A stretch of 64,000 bases of DNA from Eledone cirrhosa (Eukaryota), in contig OZ024749.1 of the NCBI GenBank assembly GCA_964016885.1, positions 30,256,001-30,320,000 of the forward strand, written 5' to 3'. Shown here one piece after another: positions 56,759 through 64,000 of the stretch (position 1 is the first letter of the stretch; each line of letters opens with the position of its first letter). The position numbers were made by a program, and so were the translations under genes. The notes below the pieces were generated by a model. That model saw only the letters and a list, made by a program, of their open reading frames with translations. It did no database searches and had not been told where the DNA came from.

Positions 56759-57326
56759 CTAGCAGAATGGCCCGGCGTTGCTCAGTATTCTAAACATAGA
56801 TTGGCATGTTTACCCCTCCTTTCTGAAACAGTTTCGTCGTATGTTCATCAATTGATGCAGAAGTCCTATTAAAAAGTGTAGTCGCCTTGGGTGAATAGGC
56901 AAATAAATTTCCATTAAGATTTTTCAAAAGCATGTAATTGCGTTCCCTCTCTTTTTTGTTGTTATTTTTACTGCTGTTGGTGTGATAGCGGCCGTTGGTC
57001 GTACTACTAACACAATCTCGTCCTTCTTCAGCCAATCGTGTATATCCCCTTCTGCCTCGTCAGCAATGAGAACAATATTTGCTCTAGGGTTCTTATATAT
57101 TTGATATATATTTATCCTTATCCAACCTCGTGAAATAAATACGTTTATTTATATTTTGTTATTGTGTATGCAAAAATATCTGTACACGAATATATAATTA
57201 TATATATATAAATTAAAATAACAGATTAAAGTTTAAGCGAAGTATCGCTGCTTTCATCCTTAACGGGATCTTCTGAAACTAAAAAAATCAATCTGTGAAT
57301 GCAGAAGTAAAAACGTTACACACACA

Positions 57327-57366
<40 letters not shown>

Positions 57367-57378
57367 TGTATATATATA

Positions 57379-57417
<39 letters not shown>

Positions 57418-57656
57418 GCGTCATAATGTCGTAATGCAGACAATCAGACATACAGACAGATATTATAATGGCGCGACGTTATAGCTATCTCATGCGGTCC
57501 CTAGGGCATTGAAACTTTAAAATATTCTTTTGCTCAAAACACTAACACGACCATAAGTATTACATGTGTAAAGTTTGAAAAAAAATCGGTTGGGTGCTTC
57601 TCGAGTTTTAGGGATTCAGACAGACAGACAGACATTCTCTGTTTTAGATATATAGA
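56759..57656 (-). mobile_element. Non-autonomous Helitron
   Basis: Minus strand reads a|TC...(CTGT)n...GAGCAACGCCGGG..CTAG|t, with canonical termini and an A/T target. Confidence 0.78.
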
Positions 57657-57816
57657 TAAAACATGTCAGGAGAAGAAATGTTTATAAGAGATAGTGACAT
57701 ACAAATGCAGAGAAATGGCGTCTTTTCTTTGTTTAGATTCACTAGCTTTTGGTTACATTTCTGCTACTTACTGTGCCGCGCCCTTTGTTCTGTGGTTTCA
57801 TTATATTCTTATGTTT

Positions 57817-57917
<101 letters not shown>

Positions 57918-58073
57918 GTGTGTGTGAAAAAAGCATGTTTATATATATATATATACACGTATGTATATATATATATATATATAATACATTATCAAGAAAG
58001 AAGAAACATTAGATATAATTAATAAGATATACCATACCTAAATTTCCTCATTATGTATATATATATACCTCAT

Positions 58074-58139
<66 letters not shown>

Positions 58140-58235
58140 CATACATATATATATATACATACATATATATATATGTATGTTGATTTAACACTTCAGTGCT
58201 CGCAAGTGTTTTTTAAGCTTCATATAATATCTCCC

Positions 58236-58303
58236 TATTATATCTGATGACAACGTAAATATCATCCCGTGATGATATTTGTTTTTGAAATGCTCATAAA
58301 ATA
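58236..58303 (+). ncRNA. Type I HHR, same family as 22534
   Basis: CTGATGA 58244, stem II TAAATATCAT/ATGATATTTG, GAAA 58287. Confidence 0.65.
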
Positions 58304-58340
58304 CGTGGAACTCTTTTAACCATCTTTTGATCTTATATTA

Positions 58341-58406
<66 letters not shown>

Positions 58407-58472
58407 GAAGAGAGAAGAAACATTTAGATATAATTAGTAATAAAATGTATCATACCTAAACTGCTCCTAGAT

Positions 58473-58562
58473 TCCTCGACTACGTAGTTTCGTGGCATAA
58501 ACAAAAACAATACATCATAAAGATATAGAGTTTTTGCGAGGTCTGCCGACTTATCAAGAGGA
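58473..58562 (-). ncRNA. Type I HHR, U3:A8 variant
   Basis: Same core as 8373-8460. Confidence 0.85.
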
Positions 58563-59054
58563 TACCTCATTTTACTAGCTTCAAGAACGCGTCTACATGA
58601 CGTGAGAAAGAATCCCAAAAGGCGGAGGGGGAGATAGTCACGCGATATAACGGTCGAGAAACAGAGCTAAGCCTCTATATCAAAAACTCTATATCTTTAT
58701 GATGTATTGTTTTTGTTTATGCCACGAAACTACGTAGTCTAGGAATCTAGGAGCAGTTTAGCATGTATCTGTGTGTTTCTAAATATATTGTTCATAACTC
58801 CCTCTGGTCGAGTAATCTTTGAAGTGTTGTGACCGCTGGAAAGCTGCCATTACTCATACTTCTTGCCTCCTTCACCACCTCTTCTACGGCTTCGATATAA
58901 ATACCCCCTCCGCCTCCGTGGTATTTTCTTCGGGGTTATAAGAGGCTTAGCTCTGTTTCTCGACCGTTATATCGCGTGACTATCTCCCCCTCCGCCTTTT
59001 GGGATTCTTTCTCACGTCATGTAGACGCGTTCTTGAAGCTAGTAAAATGAGGTA

Positions 59055-59144
59055 TCCTCTTGATAAGTCGGCAGACCTCGCAAAAACTCTATATCTTTAT
59101 GATGTATTGTTTTTGTTTATGCCACGAAACTACGTAGTCGAGGA
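59055..59144 (+). ncRNA. Type I HHR, U3:A8 variant
   Basis: TCCTC TTGATAA GTCGGCA..TGCCAC GAAA CTACGTAG TC GAGGA. Confidence 0.85.
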
Positions 59145-59381
59145 ATCTAGGAGCAGTTTAGGTATGATACATTTTATTACTAATTATATCTAAATGTTTC
59201 TTCTCTCTTCATAATGTATTTTTAGCTCTGATATTGGTTCAGTCTAATTCAACCGGATTGGTCTGTCCCGGTCATTCATAGAGCAACATCGGTAAGGTTG
59301 GCACCATTAACTCACGGTTGGATGTGGATGCATTCATGTATATATGTGTGTGTCCGCATGTATCTGTATGTTTCTAAATAT

Positions 59382-59440
<59 letters not shown>

Positions 59441-59489
59441 AAACGTATTTGCTCATTCCATGAGAGTATCCTGGTCAGCCTATTAATTT

Positions 59490-60398
59490 TTTTAGAGCAT
59501 GAACTTTTCAGCTTATAAAACGTTTAGCCTATGAACCTTTCAGCCTATCAACCTTTCAACCTATGAACATTTCAGCTTATGAACCTCACACCCTTATGAA
59601 CTTTCAGCCTATGAACTTTTCAGCCTATGAATGTTTCAGCTTATGAAACTTTCAGCCTATGAACCTTTTAGCCTATGAACCTTTTAGCCTATGAATGTTT
59701 CAGCTTATGAAACTTTCAGCCTATGAACCTTTTAGCCTATGAACCTTTTAGCCTATGAACCTTTTAGCCTATGAATGTTTCAGCTTATGAAACTTTCAGC
59801 CTATGAACCTTTTAGCCAATGAACCTTTTAGCCTATGAATGTTTCAGCTTATGAAACTTTCAGCCTATGAACCTTTTAGCCTATGAACCTTTTAGCCTAT
59901 GAATGTTTCAGCTTATGAAACTTTCAGCCTATGAACCTTTTAGCCTATGAACCTTTTAGCCTATGAACCTTTTAGCCTATGAATGTTTCAGCTTATGAAA
60001 CTTTCAGCCTATGAACCTTTTAGCCTATGAACCTTTTAGCCTATGAATGTTTCAGCTTATGAAACTTTCAGCCTATGAACCTTTTAGCCTATGAACCTTT
60101 TAGCCTATGAATGTTTCAGCTTATGAAACTTTCAGCCTATGAACCTTTTAGCCTATGAACCGTTTAGCCTATGAATGTTTCAGCTTATGAAACTTTCAGC
60201 CTATGAACCTTTTAGCCTATGAACCTTTTAGCCTATGAATGTTTCAGCTTATGAAACTTTCAGCCTATGAACCTTTTAGCCTATGAACTTTTCAGCCTAT
60301 GAATGTTTCAGCTTATGAAACTTTCAGCCTATGAACCTTTTAGCCTATGAACCTTTTAGCCTATGAATGTTTCAGCTTATGAAACTTTCAGCCTATTA
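59490..60398. repeat. 16-bp minisatellite with higher-order structure
   Basis: Variants GCCTATGAACCTTTTA, GCCTATGAATGTTTCA and GCTTATGAAACTTTCA in a recurring order. Confidence 0.97.
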
Positions 60399-60966
60399 AC
60401 CTTACCATCCTATGGGGAAACGCCTTCTCCATTCTGTCCGCCGGGGCTGTGGGGCGCCCAGCACGTGGGACCCCATTTGCTCACAATACAGAAAGATGTT
60501 GAAGAACAGAGCCAATACATTTATACGAGACGTATTTTATAAATTACTGAAGAATCATGCGACGTGTTTGAGAAAATGACAGAGGACGAAATGAACAAAT
60601 ATTTTAGTGGTCTTCATCTTATAGTGGGTTAACGCCTACCACAATTTCTTTGTCTTTCTATAGGTTTCCACAAGCATTTTCCCCTATGGATATGTACTAA
60701 CTAGTCTTTGGAAAATATATTAAACACTTGAGGCTGGTATTTCATTTCTTTACATGCCGACGCATTTTCTTTAAAAGGCTTCGATGTGTCGAATAGAAAA
60801 TAGGAAATCAGAAGAAACAGAAAACTAAAAGATGTATGAATAGAAATAAGGAAAAATTAATTTACGCTATTTTCTCCACTTGAGCGAATAGTCTTTGAAA
60901 GACCTTCAAGAGAAACATCCGTTGTAAAGTTGAATGGGAGATGGAACACGTTGAGAAAGAGTGTGT

Positions 60967-61039
<73 letters not shown>

Positions 61040-61155
61040 CAGAGGGTGAGGCTCAGAAACAGCTGGAGAGAGGAGAGTGTGAGGGTAAGAGAGAGAGGGG
61101 GAGAGAGAGAGCAGAGGGTGAGGCTCAGAAACAGATGGAGAGAGGAGAGTGTGAA

Positions 61156-61254
<99 letters not shown>

Positions 61255-62380
61255 AGAGATGATAGTTCTCCATCGTTTGTTTGTCTTACAATTGTAAGAG
61301 AGATTTTTATGAAACTCATTCTATTAATCAACTTTTAGTCCAGGATCCAAGATGCTAACAGGCAGCAATTCTACGATTTCTCTTTTGATGTAAAATTTTA
61401 TATTCAGAAATGATTTCATTTATCTTATAAGGCCAAATAGATTTATGCTGGTAGGATATAGGGAGAAATATTAAACTACTAATTTGTTGGTTGGTTAATT
61501 ATTCGACTTCATTAAAAATTTAGACACAAAATGCAAAAGCAGTAAAGGTTTGTAACCCAGATTCCCACTGTTAAAGCTGGGGTTAGACATGTGTTTAAAG
61601 TCTAAAATCTGTCTCGGGCCCGGTGGTTCATCAAGGTGGTTTATGTCCGGTTTTCCTAGCGTGGAAAACATAGAGTACAAGACTACCCCTCGAAAGTTAG
61701 CCAGTCTATCGCATGGTTAAATCCTCCCCACCACAGCAATTACTACTACTTATTTTCAACTGAGTATACTAGAGGAATGTGAAATAAAGTGTTTTGCTCA
61801 AAAACACAACACATAACCGAGTCGAGAAATCTAACCCACGACATTAGGATTATTTGTTCAACAGATTTTCGCCTAGGCCATGCGCTTCACCACAATTTAA
61901 GAGGTGGTCCATGGAAAAATCCCTTAAAAGAAGAGAGATCGTTGGCAGTGAAAGGGTTGAGAAAAATTGCTCCACACAATACAATTCTCTGACTCTTGTA
62001 GCCATTAAATTGTCATATGTAACAAAATCTTAGTTTGACTTTTTTAAAATCTAAAACCCTTACCACAGCGTATTAGGCGCCTCATACAATATAATCCCGT
62101 GGGTCTCATAATAGCCTTCATACTTACCACAGAGTCGGTTTCGGAACAATGTTTTACAAACAGATGTCTTTACTGGTACGAACCATTTTAGTCAAGTATA
62201 CACCAAATGTAAAGGGAAGTAACTCCAACTTCGTAGTCAGAAAGTGTGTTGAAGCCCGACCTGTGTATATTACACACACACACGCACGCGCAAACACTCA
62301 CACACCGACAGGTGCATCATTTTAGTAATGGCTGGCCTTGTGCCAAAAGTAGAAAAAAATATTATTATTATATATATGAA

Positions 62381-62562
62381 GTGGATTGGCAGTATCGGTA
62401 GAAGGTCGGACGCCATGATTTCCAGCATAGTTACGACCCTTTACGATCTGAGTTCAAATCCCGCCGAGGTTGACTTTGCCTTTCATCCTTACGGGGTCAA
62501 TAAAATAAAGTACCAGTAATGCACTGGGTTTGTGGCTTTGTGCCTATAGTAGAAACAATTAT
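62381..62562 (+). mobile_element. SINE family A
   Basis: GTGGATTGGCAGTATCGGTAGA..GTTCAAATCCCGCCGAGG.. Confidence 0.88.
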
Positions 62563-63244
62563 TATATATATGAAGTGTATATATATACATATATATATAT
62601 ATATATAAACATATATATATATATTTATCATGTTTTAATATCTCTATGTGTGCATTGATTGTGTATACATATAGTTATTCTTTTTAATATCCAATTGAGT
62701 TCTTAAACACGAGGTAATAATACCTAACATGTTTAAATGACCAGCGTGTATATTGTTTTATATTTTAAGATGACCTCCCCTTACCCTCTTGGGGACAGCG
62801 TGTATTTTATCATTAAGAATGGATTTTCGAATCTACCAGTCTCTTTTTAGCGCTGAAGGAAACCATCACTAATCTATTAATGTCGATGTAATTCTTATAT
62901 CGATATATCATTTGGGCATCCACTGATGAGTTTGTATGAGCCCGCTTGTGTATAAAACTATGGATTATATACAAGTTTCTACATAACCTGGAAATTATTT
63001 ATCCCAAATTGTAGAAATCTTATAACGAAACGGCCGTCTGGAAGGAAAGAGATATTTATTTAATAATGTCTCATATAAAATAATACAACCAGCTATCCAC
63101 GAAATACTGATTAGTTAGCACCCCAAACAGTAAAATGGGATAATACTTAGGTATATCCTAATGTTTGTTGAGTGAGATTGAGTTGGTCAGAGTATCGCTT
63201 AAGACGTTCTCTGTTAATGTATTAAATTATATATATATATATAT

Positions 63245-63400
63245 GGAAAAAAGATGAAATGAAAATGGAAAATGCAACTGGAGTCTTTTTTTGTTTAAAT
63301 ATATATTTATTTGGTTCCTTTACCGGTTTCGCAGGAACCAAATAAATATATATTTAAAAACAAAAAGACTCCAGTTGCATTTTCCATTTCATCTTTTTTC
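63245..63400. repeat. Fold-back inverted repeat
   Basis: ~70-bp arms around TTACCGGTTTCGC. Confidence 0.85.
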
Positions 63401-63481
63401 CTTATATTTTCACTCATGTAGGACACCTCGTTTTTTTATATTTTGTAAAAAAACATCACTTTCTAATATACATATATACAA

Positions 63482-63566
<85 letters not shown>

Positions 63567-63937
63567 TACTACATACATATATATGTATAAAGAGAGAGAG
63601 AGGGAGTGAGAGAAAGAGAGAGCGAGAGAGATAGAGTGAGAGAGAGAGAGAACTACCACTACGTCTATGTGCTGGTCAACATTATAAGAATAAATCTGGG
63701 AATATTAAGATAGATGGAGATGTGTTTCCACTAAAATAAGAATACAGGTGAGGTTGATCGAAGTATGTAACATAATACTGATGTTTAGATCTAGTAAATG
63801 TTAGTGCAAAAAATACCATTGAACATTCTTTCTGAAAGGTCACGGAATCTATAGTTTTATAAAGAACAACAATAAACAGGACTGGTATAAAAACTCAACG
63901 TTATATATATATAGTATATTCAAACATATATATATAC

Positions 63938-63973
<36 letters not shown>

Positions 63974-64000
63974 TGTGAAGGCGTGTGGCTGAGTGGTTAG

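Larger units (their letters stand above)
58402..59385. mobile_element. Retrozyme-like ~595-nt family: inverted partial copy, fragment and full unit
   Basis: 58402-58675 on minus; 58681-58760 and 58761-59385 on plus; GCATGTATCTGT at 58761 and 59356. Confidence 0.85.

Noticed and set aside
62911-63008. CTGATGA..long hairpin..GAAA candidate
   Set aside because: The helices do not abut the core correctly; possibly an old decayed HHR

Overview
Eukaryotic, AT-rich, repeat-saturated DNA. The SINE families and the (TA)n/(TG)n/(TATG)n load suggest a mollusc, probably an octopus (inference). I see no intact host gene, and almost all listed ORFs are microsatellite artefacts. Recognisable content: tRNA-derived SINEs; decayed LINE fragments (RTE, RTE-X-like, CR1/L2-like, and an R4/Dong-like element in (AAT)n); two Penelope-like GIY-YIG remnants; two non-autonomous Helitrons; mariner remnants; and several minisatellites. 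The main hidden signal is non-coding. Many short islands between the (TA)n tracts carry type I hammerhead ribozyme (HHR) folds, about 20 in roughly 10 unrelated families, two of them with non-canonical cores (U3:A8 and A4). Several families occur as just over one tandem unit of about 415-595 nt. One family appears in two different circular permutations, which points to retrozyme-like or Penelope-dependent circular-RNA retroelements targeting (TA)n. All folds were made by eye and no activity has been tested.
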